From assembly GCF_004296535.1 (NCBI RefSeq), contig NZ_AP018159.1, positions 1-32,000 of the forward strand: a stretch of DNA of 32,000 nt. Direction: 5' to 3'. The notes under the pieces are model-generated. The model made no database searches, was not told the DNA's origin, and was given only the letters and a program-made list of their open reading frames with translations. The translations under genes and the position numbers were made by a program. Source of the stretch: Candidatus Saccharimonadota bacterium. Its GTDB lineage: Bacteria; Pseudomonadota; Gammaproteobacteria; Enterobacterales; Enterobacteriaceae. Numbering within the stretch: position 1 is the stretch's first letter; every line of letters begins with the position of its first letter. Of this stretch, positions 1-11,907 are shown in pieces.

Positions 1-48
1 AATATTTATAAAAAAACAAAATTTAAAATAGTGTATAATTATAATAAT

Positions 49-1152
49 ATGAATTTTTTTATTCTAAAAGATAAAATATATGATGCTTTAAAAAAAATAA
101 ATAATATAACATTTTTAAATAATTTAGATAATGAAAAAAATATTATTTTAAAATTAAAAAATAATATTTTATATATTATAGGAAATGACTCTGAAAATGA
201 ATTAATAATAAAAATACATTTAGAAAATAATTTTGAAGATGGTATTGTATTTATTTCTTATAAAAAATTAATTAATATTTGTAAATCAATACCAAATAAA
301 ACCGTGATTAATTTTTTAAAAGAAAAAAATTTTATAATTTTAAAGACAGATAAATCTTTATTTCACATAAAATTATATAGTTTAGATAAATTTAATTCAT
401 ATTTTAATTATGATAAAAGTATATATAATATATGCATATCTAAAATTAATTTAATTTTTTTATTAAAAAGTGTTTATATATCAATAGCTAATAATGATGT
501 TAGAAATTATTTAAACGGACTTTATTTAAATATTTATGAAAATAAAATAATATCAATTTCAACTGATAGTTATAGATTATCATTTTCTAAAATTAATTTA
601 ATAAATAATATAAATAATTATTCATTTATAATTTATAAAAAATCAGTTTTAGAAATAATTAAAATTTTTGATAACATAGAATTTTTAAATATATATATAT
701 ATATATATAGCAAATTTATAACATTTTGTTCAAATAATTATAAATTTACATCTAGATTCTTAAATGATGAATTTCCAAATTGTAATGATATTATAAATAA
801 AAACTTTATACACATTGTTAAAATAGATAAAGATTATCTTATAAATGTTATTTATAGAATTTCTTCAATATTAGAAAGTAAAAATTATTTAATAATACTT
901 AATTTTATAAAAAATAATATTTTAATAAGTTCTATAAATTCTAACGACGAATCTGCAAAAGAAAATATAGATATTATTTATGATGGACCTAAAATACAAA
1001 TAGGAATAAATTATAAATATATATTAGATATATTATTAATATTAGAACAAAAATATATTTTATTTAAATTTAATGATGATAAATCAAGTATAGAAATAAA
1101 TGAAGAAAATAATTTAGATAGAAAATATATTATAATGCCTATAAGAATATAA
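49..1152 (+). CDS. dnaN: DNA polymerase III beta sliding clamp
   Basis: The ORF track gives 31..1152 from a GTG. The in-frame ATG at 49 (MNFFILKDKIYDAL...) aligns with the E. coli DnaN N-terminus (MKFTVEREHLL...). It gives about 367 aa against 366 aa in E. coli. The C-terminus ...YIIMPIRI resembles E. coli ...YVVMPMRL. It lies directly upstream of gyrB, as in the dnaN-recF-gyrB cluster. Confidence 0.9.
   Translation: MNFFILKDKIYDALKKINNITFLNNLDNEKNIILKLKNNILYIIGNDSENELIIKIHLENNFEDGIVFISYKKLINICKSIPNKTVINFLKEKNFIILKTDKSLFHIKLYSLDKFNSYFNYDKSIYNICISKINLIFLLKSVYISIANNDVRNYLNGLYLNIYENKIISISTDSYRLSFSKINLINNINNYSFIIYKKSVLEIIKIFDNIEFLNIYIYIYSKFITFCSNNYKFTSRFLNDEFPNCNDIINKNFIHIVKIDKDYLINVIYRISSILESKNYLIILNFIKNNILISSINSNDESAKENIDIIYDGPKIQIGINYKYILDILLILEQKYILFKFNDDKSSIEINEENNLDRKYIIMPIRI
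689..709. repeat. (AT)10 dinucleotide microsatellite inside the dnaN coding sequence (encodes IYIYIY)
   Basis: Direct reading: atatatatatatatatatata at 689-709, in frame as ATA TAT ATA TAT ATA TAT. Confidence 0.95.
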
Positions 1153-3534
<2,382 letters not shown>

Positions 3535-3546
3535 AAAAAATTAAAA

Positions 3547-4905
3547 TTATATTTCTTTATATCTAGTTGATGGAAATAATATTACATCTTTTATATTATT
3601 AATATTTGCTAATATCATTATAAGTCTATCTATTCCTATACCAATACCAGATGTTGGCGGTAAACCATATTTTAAAGCATCTATATAATTTTTATCAAAA
3701 CTTTTATTTTTTTTAAATTTATTTTGTTTTTTAAATCTTAAAATCTGATCTTTAAAATTGTTTAATTCTGAAAATCCATTTGCTATTTCTAATCCATTTA
3801 TAAATAATTCAAATCTATCTGCAATATCTTTATTTTTAATATTTCTTTTTGATAATGGAGAAATTTCTATAGGATAATTTATAATAAATGTAGGATATAT
3901 TAATTTATTTTCCACAGTTTTTTTAAAAATTTCATAACGTAATTTTAATAAAGATATATTGTTTTCTATATTAATTTCTATAGATTTTGCATAATTATAA
4001 CAACTTTTATAATCATCAATATTAAGATTTTTATTAAATTTTATTAAAGATTCTTCTATAGACATTATATTAAAATCTTTTAATAAATCTATATTTATAT
4101 TATTAATTTTTAATATAGAACTCTTAAAAATTTTTAAATATATATTTCTTATTAAATTTTGTATAAATGTAATTAAATATTTATAATTTTTATAAGATAT
4201 ATATAGTTCTAACATAGTAAATTCGGGATTATGTTTATGAGAAATTCCTTCATTTCTAAAATTTTTTCCTATTTCAAAAATTTTATTAAATCCACCAACT
4301 ATTAACTTTTTCAAATATAATTCTGGAGATATTCTTAAATAATAATTTTTATTAAATATATCTAATTTAGTTTTAAAAGAATTAGCTTCTGCTCCTCCTA
4401 TCAATGATTGTAATATAGGAGTTTCAACTTCTATAAAATGTTTTTTAAATAAAAAATTTCTAATTTCTAATATTATCTTAGACCTAATTAAAAATATATC
4501 TTTAGATTTATTATTTACTATTAAATCTAAATATCTTTTTTTATATTTATAATTTTCTTTTATAGATAAATTACTTTTTACATATAATTTATTAAAACAG
4601 TTTACTAATATATTTATTTTATTACAATTAATTGTTAATTCATTAACATTAGTTTTAAATAAATATCCTTTAATTTTTAATATAGATCCAATATTAATTT
4701 TTTTTAATTTTATATTTTTTAATAAAAAATTATAAGAAAAATATATTTGTATAGAATTGAATATATCTTGTATTGTAAAAAACATAACTTTTCCTATAAT
4801 TCTTTTATACATTAATCTTCCATAAGTTATAACATTTATTTTATTAGAATTAAAATAATCTTTATTAAAATATTTATATTTTTTTATTATATTTTCTATA
4901 TACAT
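3547..4905 (-). CDS. lysS: Lysine--tRNA ligase (class II)
   Basis: 452 aa. [20 protein letters not shown] matches E. coli LysS [37 protein letters not shown] is motif 3. It lies directly downstream of prfB, as in the E. coli prfB-lysS operon. It is about 50 aa shorter than E. coli at the N-terminus. Confidence 0.95.
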   Translation of the reverse strand: [452 protein letters not shown]

Positions 4906-4956
4906 TTTTTAAATTATTAATGTTTTTTTAAAATTTATTAAAAAAAATATTTTTTT

Positions 4957-5718
4957 TTAAATATTTAATTTTAAACTTTTTTCAACAAAAATTTCTATAT
5001 TTCCATTTAATATATATTTAACATTTTTAGTTGTTATTCCAGTTTTTAAATCTTTTATTATAGAATTATCAAATATATAAAATCTTTTATAATCACCTGA
5101 CCAACTTATATTAGATTTTAAATTATATAAAAATTTTTTATTATTTTCTATATTATTAATATTTATTTTATTTAATTTATATTTTAATTTATTAAAAGCT
5201 ATATTTTTATTTTTATTTTGCGATTTAGTATCTTGAGATTTAGAAATAATTCCAGTAGGAATATGTTTTAAAATAACACTAGATTTAGTTTTATTAATAT
5301 GTTGTCCGCCATGACCAGAAGATTTACAAAAACTTATTTTTATATCTTTATAATCAATATTATCTATTTTTTCATAATTAAAAGCATTTTTTTTATAAAT
5401 ATCAACAGATCCAAAAGAAGTATGTCTTTTCCAAAAATTAAAAGGACTTTTTCTTATTAATTTATGAATACCTTTTTCTGTTTTAAATAATCCATATGAA
5501 TACATTCCATCTATTTCTAATATTATATTTTTATTTTTATTACTTTCTAATGAAAAAGATGATTTTATATTAACATTTAATTTATTTAAATTAGCCCATT
5601 TTATATACATTTTAGATAAAATTACTATCCAATTTCTAGAATCTATACCTCCTGATCCAGATTGTATATGAACAATACAAGAATTTTCATCATCTTTTTT
5701 AAAAAAATGTTCAAACAT
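4957..5718 (-). CDS. prfB: Peptide chain release factor 2, N-terminally truncated (domains 2-4 only)
   Basis: 253 aa. The SPF tripeptide (RKSPFNFWKRHTSF) is the RF2 signature and the GGQ motif (SGHGGQHINKT) is present. The start MFEHFFKKDDENSCIVHIQSGSGG aligns with E. coli RF2 around residue 115 ([21 protein letters not shown]). An in-frame TAA lies 2 codons upstream. The rpsA stop codon is only 13 nt upstream. Confidence 0.9.
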   Translation of the reverse strand: MFEHFFKKDDENSCIVHIQSGSGGIDSRNWIVILSKMYIKWANLNKLNVNIKSSFSLESNKNKNIILEIDGMYSYGLFKTEKGIHKLIRKSPFNFWKRHTSFGSVDIYKKNAFNYEKIDNIDYKDIKISFCKSSGHGGQHINKTKSSVILKHIPTGIISKSQDTKSQNKNKNIAFNKLKYKLNKININNIENNKKFLYNLKSNISWSGDYKRFYIFDNSIIKDLKTGITTKNVKYILNGNIEIFVEKSLKLNI

Positions 5719-5731
5719 AAATTAAAAAAAA

Positions 5732-7309
5732 TTATTTTTTTTCTAAAAGTAAATTATTTATAAAATTATTATCAGATATATCTAAATATAAATTAATATA
5801 TCTATGTTTTTTATCAAAATCTATAATTCTAAATATATATTTTTTATTATAAATAAGAAAATTATTATTTAAATTAGAATAATTTATTATTTTCCCTAAT
5901 ATATAATCATTTATTTTAACAAAATTTTTATTTTCTAATATAGTTCCATATATCATATTTTTCTTTAAATTTTCATGATAAAAAATATCAAATGGATCTT
6001 TATACATTTGTTTTATACCAAGAGAAATTCTAAATTTATTTAAATCTATTTGTAATATTATAGATTCTATTTGAGTATTTTTACTATATTTTGATAAATC
6101 TTTTTTTGGATCTAGTAACCATGAAATATCAGTAATATGTATTAATCCGTCTATATCATTTGATAATTCTACAAATATTCCAAATTCTGTTATAGATTTT
6201 ACATTACCTTGAATTTTATCTCCTATCTTATACTTATTATTAAATGATATCCAAGGATTATCTTTACATTGTTTTAATCCTAAAGAAATTCTTCTACTAT
6301 CTATATTTATATCAAGTATCATAATTTCTATAATATCATTAATTTTTACTATTTTTGAAGGATTAATATTTTTATATTTCCAATCTATTTCTGAAATATG
6401 AACTAATCCTTCTATTCCATCTTCAATTTCAACAAAAAAGCCATAATCAGTTAAATTTGTAACTCTTCCTTCTAATTTAGTATATTTAGGATATTTTTCT
6501 AAAATTTTTAACCAAGGATCATCTGATAATTGTTTTAATCCTAAAGAAATTTTAGATGATTCTACATCAAAATTAATTATTTTAACATCTATTTCATCTC
6601 CTAAATTAACAATTTCTGATGGATGTTTTATTCTTTTCCAAGTTATATCTGTTATATGTAATAATCCATCAACAAAGCCTAAATCTATAAAAGCTCCATA
6701 ATCAGTTATATTTTTTACAACCCCTTTTACTATATCATTAACTTTTAAATTATTTAAAAATTCTTCTTTATTTTTTGCATTATCAAATTTTATTATAGCT
6801 TTTCTAGATAAAATTATATTATTATTTTTTTTATCTAATTTTATTATTTTTAATTCTAAATTTTCCCCTTCTACGTTTGTAGAGTTCATTAACTTAAAAT
6901 CAACTAAAGATCCTGGTAAAAAAGCTCTTATATTTTCTACTAAAATTATAAAACCTCCTTTTACTTTTTCTATTATTTTCCCTACTATTATTGAATCTTC
7001 TTTAAAAATTTTATTTAATTTTTCCCATGAATTAAATATTTTAGCCTTTTTTCTAGATAATATTGTTTTTCCATATCCATTTTCTATTGAATCCAAATAC
7101 ACTTCAACCACATCTCCTAAATTAACTTCTAATGAATTATTTTCATCTATAAATTCTTCAATTGGTATATAAGATTCTGATTTTAATCCAGAATCTACTA
7201 TAATAAAATTTTTTTCTATAGAAATTACTGTCCCTTTTAAAATTTTTTTATAGTTATTAATTTTTAATTTAGAAAAATTTTCAAAAATTTTTGAAAAAGT
7301 TTTTATCAT
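5732..7309 (-). CDS. rpsA: 30S ribosomal protein S1
   Basis: 525 aa with repeated S1 domains of the form G..V.G.V..I..FG.FV.L....GL.HIS. The N-terminus is S1-like (MIKTFSKIFENF...GTVISIEKNFIIVDSGLKSE). Confidence 0.95.
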   Translation of the reverse strand: MIKTFSKIFENFSKLKINNYKKILKGTVISIEKNFIIVDSGLKSESYIPIEEFIDENNSLEVNLGDVVEVYLDSIENGYGKTILSRKKAKIFNSWEKLNKIFKEDSIIVGKIIEKVKGGFIILVENIRAFLPGSLVDFKLMNSTNVEGENLELKIIKLDKKNNNIILSRKAIIKFDNAKNKEEFLNNLKVNDIVKGVVKNITDYGAFIDLGFVDGLLHITDITWKRIKHPSEIVNLGDEIDVKIINFDVESSKISLGLKQLSDDPWLKILEKYPKYTKLEGRVTNLTDYGFFVEIEDGIEGLVHISEIDWKYKNINPSKIVKINDIIEIMILDINIDSRRISLGLKQCKDNPWISFNNKYKIGDKIQGNVKSITEFGIFVELSNDIDGLIHITDISWLLDPKKDLSKYSKNTQIESIILQIDLNKFRISLGIKQMYKDPFDIFYHENLKKNMIYGTILENKNFVKINDYILGKIINYSNLNNNFLIYNKKYIFRIIDFDKKHRYINLYLDISDNNFINNLLLEKK

Positions 7310-7399
7310 AAAAAAATATTTATTTATTAAAATTAAATTACTAATTTTATTATAACATTAATATATATTAAAAATCTTTTACTTTTTTTTTTAAAAAAA

Positions 7400-8698
7400 T
7401 TAATTTACAATTATTTTATTTAAAAGTTTAAAATAATTAGGAAAACTTTTATTTACACAATTTGGATTATTTATAATTATTTTTACATTAAATAATGGGA
7501 TTAAAGAAAAACACATAGCTATTCTATGATCGTTATATGTATCTATAATTGCTGGTTTAAATTTATTTGGAGGGGTTATTGATATATAATCATTTCCCTC
7601 TTTAATATTAGCGCCTATTTTTCTTAATTCATTAGCCATAGCCTGAATTCTATCTGTTTCTTTAACTCTCCAATTATATATATTTTTTATAACAGATTTA
7701 TCATTTGAACATAAACAAACAATAGCTAATGTCATAGCAGAATCTGGTATATTATTAGCATCTATATCTATAGATTTTAAATAATTAAAATTATTTTTAC
7801 TATTTATAAATTTTTTATTAATAGTTATATTTGCTCCAATTTTTTTTAATATTTTTACAAATTTTATATCACCTTGAATACTATTTTTTCCAATACCAAT
7901 AATATTTACATTATTATTATGTTTTATAGCTCCTCCTGCTACAAAATAAGAAGCGCTTGATGCATCACTTTCTATTTTATATATTTTTGGAGAAATATAT
8001 TTTTGATTACCTTTAATATAAATTTTTTTATAATTATAATTAACAATTTCTATACCAAAATCTTTCATCATTTTAATAGTTATATCTATATAAGATTTTG
8101 AAACTAAATTATTTATAATTTCTATATTAGTATCATTTTTTAAAATCGGAGAAATCATTAATATAGAACTTAGAAATTGACTAGATATAGAACCATTTAT
8201 AAATAAATTTCCTCCATTATATCCTCCAAGAATTTGTAATGGAGGAAATCCATTTTTTTCTAAATAATTTATAGTCGCGCCTCCATTTCTTAATATATCA
8301 ACTAAATGATTAATAGGTCTATTTTTCATTCTATTATCTCCAGTCAATATTATATTAATATTTTTATATATTGATAAATATGATAAAATAAATCTCATAA
8401 CTGTTCCAGCATTTCCTGTATATAATATTTTTTTTTCTTTTAAAAATAATTTTTTAGAAGAATTAATAATTGCAATATCTTCATTATTAAAATTTATATT
8501 TACTTTTAATTTTTTTAATATTGATATCATATAATTTACATCATCGCATTTTAATATATTAATTAATTTAGTAGAATGATCATAACATAAGGATGATAAT
8601 AATAATGCTCTATTTGATATACTTTTTGATCCTGGTATATAGACATCTCCTATTAAATTTTTAATAGGATTTATAACTAATTTTTTTTCTTCTTTCAT
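7400..8698 (-). CDS. aroA: 3-phosphoshikimate 1-carboxyvinyltransferase (EPSP synthase)
   Basis: 432 aa. The N-terminus IPGSKSISNRALLLSSL is the EPSPS signature. Further motifs are GNAGTVMRF, RMKNRPINHLVDILR, WRVKETDRI and DHRIAMCFSL. It sits upstream of rpsA as in E. coli, where cmk lies between them. Confidence 0.95.
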   Translation of the reverse strand: MKEEKKLVINPIKNLIGDVYIPGSKSISNRALLLSSLCYDHSTKLINILKCDDVNYMISILKKLKVNINFNNEDIAIINSSKKLFLKEKKILYTGNAGTVMRFILSYLSIYKNINIILTGDNRMKNRPINHLVDILRNGGATINYLEKNGFPPLQILGGYNGGNLFINGSISSQFLSSILMISPILKNDTNIEIINNLVSKSYIDITIKMMKDFGIEIVNYNYKKIYIKGNQKYISPKIYKIESDASSASYFVAGGAIKHNNNVNIIGIGKNSIQGDIKFVKILKKIGANITINKKFINSKNNFNYLKSIDIDANNIPDSAMTLAIVCLCSNDKSVIKNIYNWRVKETDRIQAMANELRKIGANIKEGNDYISITPPNKFKPAIIDTYNDHRIAMCFSLIPLFNVKIIINNPNCVNKSFPNYFKLLNKIIVN

Positions 8699-8780
8699 AA
8701 AATCTATAAAATTAAGTTTATATAATATATAATATATATATATTATATAATATATATACTTTCTTTACATTAAATATTTA

Positions 8781-10028
8781 TTAATAATATTTTTTTAAAA
8801 CTTCTGGTATATCAAAATCCAAATTCTTGTTTTGATAATTTTCTATTATAGCTGCTAAAATTCTACTAACAGCTAATCCAGAACCATTTATTATATGTGT
8901 TAATAAAATATTATTATTTTTATCTCTATACCTTGATAAAATTCTTCTAGATTGAAAATCCAAAGTATTAGAACATGAAGATACTTCAATATATTTATTT
9001 TTGTATGGAAACCAAACTTCTAAATCATAAGTTTTATATGATGTAAACGGTAATTCATTAGAAGATAATAAAATCTTTCTATAATGTAAATTTAATAATT
9101 TTAATATAATTTCAGAATCATTAGTTAATTCTTCCAAATGTTTTTTAGAACTATTTTGATCTACTATTCTTATAAGTTCTACTTTATCAAATTGATTTAA
9201 TTTTATTAAACCACAATTATTTTTACCATAAGAATTAAATTCTGTTCTAAAACAAGGAGTATATGAAACATATTTTATAGGAATTTGCTTTTCTGATAAA
9301 ATTTTATTTCTAAATAAATTGATTAAAGGAACTTCAGATGTTGGTATTAAATAATAATTATTTGAATTATATATTATATTAAAAGAATCATTAATAAATT
9401 TAGGAAATTGACCAGAACCGTACATTGATTCCTTATTAACAATTAATGGTACATATATTTCTTCATAAAAATGTTTATTTATATGAATATCCAACATAAA
9501 TTGTATAATAGATCTATTTAATTTTGCTATTTTATTTTTCATAATAACAAATTTTGACCCAGATATATTAGATGATAATTTAAAATCCATACAATCTAAT
9601 TTTTTCCCTATTGAGATATAACTACTTATTTTAAAATCAAATGTTTTTTTATTTCCCCATTTATAAATAACTATATTTTTATTACTATTACCTATTGGTA
9701 TACTATTATCATCAAATATATTTGGTATAGTATATAAATAGTTTTTAATTTCTACTTTAATTAAATTTAAATCTGATTTTAATTTATTAATTTTTTTTCT
9801 TATATTTTTAAAATTTAAATTATTAATATAATTCTTTTTACTTTTTTTTAATTTAAAATTATTTGAAAATTGATTTGATTTAAATCTTAAATTTTCTAAT
9901 TTATTTTGTATACTTTTTCTTATATTATCTTTAGAAATTATAAAATCTATATCAATAATAAAATTTCTTTTTTTTAAATTATTTAAAACAAAATTTAAAT
10001 TTTGTTTAATAAATTTTATACTTATCAT
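8781..10028 (-). CDS. serS: Serine--tRNA ligase
   Basis: 415 aa. The N-terminal coiled-coil arm starts MISIKFIKQNLNFVLNNLKKRNF (E. coli [23 protein letters not shown]). The class II core has YLIPTSEVPLINL, TPCFRTE and NGSGLAVSRILAAIIENYQ. Confidence 0.95.
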   Translation of the reverse strand: MISIKFIKQNLNFVLNNLKKRNFIIDIDFIISKDNIRKSIQNKLENLRFKSNQFSNNFKLKKSKKNYINNLNFKNIRKKINKLKSDLNLIKVEIKNYLYTIPNIFDDNSIPIGNSNKNIVIYKWGNKKTFDFKISSYISIGKKLDCMDFKLSSNISGSKFVIMKNKIAKLNRSIIQFMLDIHINKHFYEEIYVPLIVNKESMYGSGQFPKFINDSFNIIYNSNNYYLIPTSEVPLINLFRNKILSEKQIPIKYVSYTPCFRTEFNSYGKNNCGLIKLNQFDKVELIRIVDQNSSKKHLEELTNDSEIILKLLNLHYRKILLSSNELPFTSYKTYDLEVWFPYKNKYIEVSSCSNTLDFQSRRILSRYRDKNNNILLTHIINGSGLAVSRILAAIIENYQNKNLDFDIPEVLKKYY

Positions 10029-10237
10029 GTTTTTATTCTAAATTATTTTACATTCTCTAACAATATAAATAAAATTTTTTAATTATTTTTTTAAAACATT
10101 TTATTTAATATTTTATATAATATTTAATAAATTATTTTTTAATTATTTAAATTTATATTAATATATAATAAATTAAATTAAAATATTTTTTTTAATAAAA
10201 ATAAATAATAAAAAAATTTGATAAAAAAAGACAAAAT

Positions 10238-10459
10238 ATGATAATAAATAAAAAATTTATAGAAATGAAAGGTAAAATAATTAATACATTACCAAATACA
10301 AATTTTAAAGTAGAATTAGAAAATGGAAATATAATAATAGCTCATATATCTGGAAAAATTAGAAAAAATTATATAAAAATATTAAATGGAGACAATGTTA
10401 TAGTACAAATAAGTCCTTATGATATTAGTAAAGGAAGAATAATATTTAGGAATAAATAA
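10238..10459 (+). CDS. infA: Translation initiation factor IF-1
   Basis: 73 aa. [64 protein letters not shown] is nearly collinear with E. coli IF1 (72 aa). Confidence 0.97.
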   Translation: MIINKKFIEMKGKIINTLPNTNFKVELENGNIIIAHISGKIRKNYIKILNGDNVIVQISPYDISKGRIIFRNK

Positions 10460-10473
10460 ATATATAAAATAAT

Positions 10474-11904
10474 ATGAATATAAAAATAGAATATTGTAAA
10501 AAAAAAATAAATTATAAAAAAATCAATAATTTAATAAAAAAAATAAAATATATTAATCCTAATTACTTTGATATATATATACAATACAATAATACAAGTA
10601 AAATAACATTAGAAAATAATAATATAAAAAATTTTTATTTTAAAGAATTTAATGGAATTAATTGTAGATATATAAAAAATAAATTTATATATTCTATATC
10701 ATCAAACAATATAGATTTAGATTTTATAAAAAATAATATAATAAATTGTAATAATTTTTTATATAATAAAAAAAATAAATTATATATAAAAAATAATTAT
10801 TTATATGAATATAATAAATCTTTTAATAAAAATAGTAATATTAATAATCAATATTACATATATATAATAAAAAAAATACATAAATATATAAAAAAATATA
10901 ATAATAATATAGAAAATATAAAAATTGATTTAATTAATTCTAAAGATAAAATATTAATAATAAATAATAATAAATACATTACAGATACAAGACCATTAAT
11001 TATATTAAAGATATTAATAGAAATAAATATAAATAAAAAAAAATCTATAGGATTTTCTAGTATAGGATTAAGATCTAATATTTATGACATAGAAAATATA
11101 ATACCAAATAAAAATATAACTTATATAAATAAATGTATAAATGATTCATTTGAAATGGCTATATCAAATTTATATGCAAAAGACGCTCCTTCCGGAAGAT
11201 TTCCTATAGTTTTATCATCTGGATGTCCTGGAGTTCTATTACATGAAGCTATTGGTCATGCATTAGAAGCTGACTTTTTAAATGACAAAACATCTATTTT
11301 TCATAATAAATTAAATGAAAAAGTTACTTCTAAAATATGTACTATAGTAGATAATGGAAATTTTAAAAAATTAAATGGATATATAAATATAGATGATGAA
11401 GGTAACATTGGAAAATTAAATATATTAATAAAAAATGGAATATTAAAAAAATTTATGTCAGATATATATAATTCCATGTTAATGAATATAGAAATAACTG
11501 GTAATGGAAGAAGAGAATCATATAAAAATAATATTATACCTAGAATGACTAATACTTATTTATTACCAGGTAATAGCAATCCAAATGAAATAATTAATAC
11601 AATAGATTATGGAATATATGCAAAAAATTTTACAGATGGACAAGTAGATATATCATCTGGTAATTTTACATTTTCAACATCTTTGGCGTTTTTAATTAAA
11701 AATGGAAAAATATCACATCCATTAAAAAGAATAACTTTAATAGGAAACAATATAGATATAATGAATAAAATATCTATGATTGGATCTGATTTTGAAATGG
11801 ATTTAGGATCAAGTTTTTGTGTAAAAGATAATCAATATATTCCAGTAAGTGTTGGGCAACCAACAATTAAAATAGATAAAATTACAGTAGGAGGAACAAA
11901 ATAA
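10474..11904 (+). CDS. tldD: TldD-family metalloprotease
   Basis: 476 aa (E. coli TldD is 481 aa). The C-terminal half matches E. coli TldD closely: PGVLLHEAIGHALEADF (the HExxxH site, codons 257-261), TGNGRRESY, PRMTNTYLLPG, GIYAKNFTDGQVDISSGNFTFSTS and VGQPTIKIDKITVGGT. The N-terminal half is N/K/I-rich and barely recognisable. Confidence 0.9.
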   Translation: MNIKIEYCKKKINYKKINNLIKKIKYINPNYFDIYIQYNNTSKITLENNNIKNFYFKEFNGINCRYIKNKFIYSISSNNIDLDFIKNNIINCNNFLYNKKNKLYIKNNYLYEYNKSFNKNSNINNQYYIYIIKKIHKYIKKYNNNIENIKIDLINSKDKILIINNNKYITDTRPLIILKILIEININKKKSIGFSSIGLRSNIYDIENIIPNKNITYINKCINDSFEMAISNLYAKDAPSGRFPIVLSSGCPGVLLHEAIGHALEADFLNDKTSIFHNKLNEKVTSKICTIVDNGNFKKLNGYINIDDEGNIGKLNILIKNGILKKFMSDIYNSMLMNIEITGNGRRESYKNNIIPRMTNTYLLPGNSNPNEIINTIDYGIYAKNFTDGQVDISSGNFTFSTSLAFLIKNGKISHPLKRITLIGNNIDIMNKISMIGSDFEMDLGSSFCVKDNQYIPVSVGQPTIKIDKITVGGTK

Positions 11905-11907
11905 AAA

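Noticed and set aside
31-48. The GTG at 31 as the dnaN start, as given in the ORF track.
   Set aside because: The six extra residues (MYNYNN) have no counterpart in DnaN homologues. The ATG at 49 gives an N-terminus and length matching E. coli DnaN. The GTG start cannot be excluded without experimental data.
8719-8758. A TA-rich quasi-palindrome (tatataatatataatatatatatattatataatatatata) between serS and aroA, considered as a terminator or cruciform element.
   Set aside because: It is not a perfect palindrome when checked base by base. Any TA-rich tract is partly self-complementary. It has no G/C-containing stem or trailing U run, so it cannot be told apart from compositional noise.
11887-11891. 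GGAGG upstream of rsmH, considered as a Shine-Dalgarno sequence.
   Set aside because: It encodes the conserved VGGT C-terminus of TldD and lies 13 nt from the ATG, which is too far for canonical SD spacing. It is the only such motif I found near a start.
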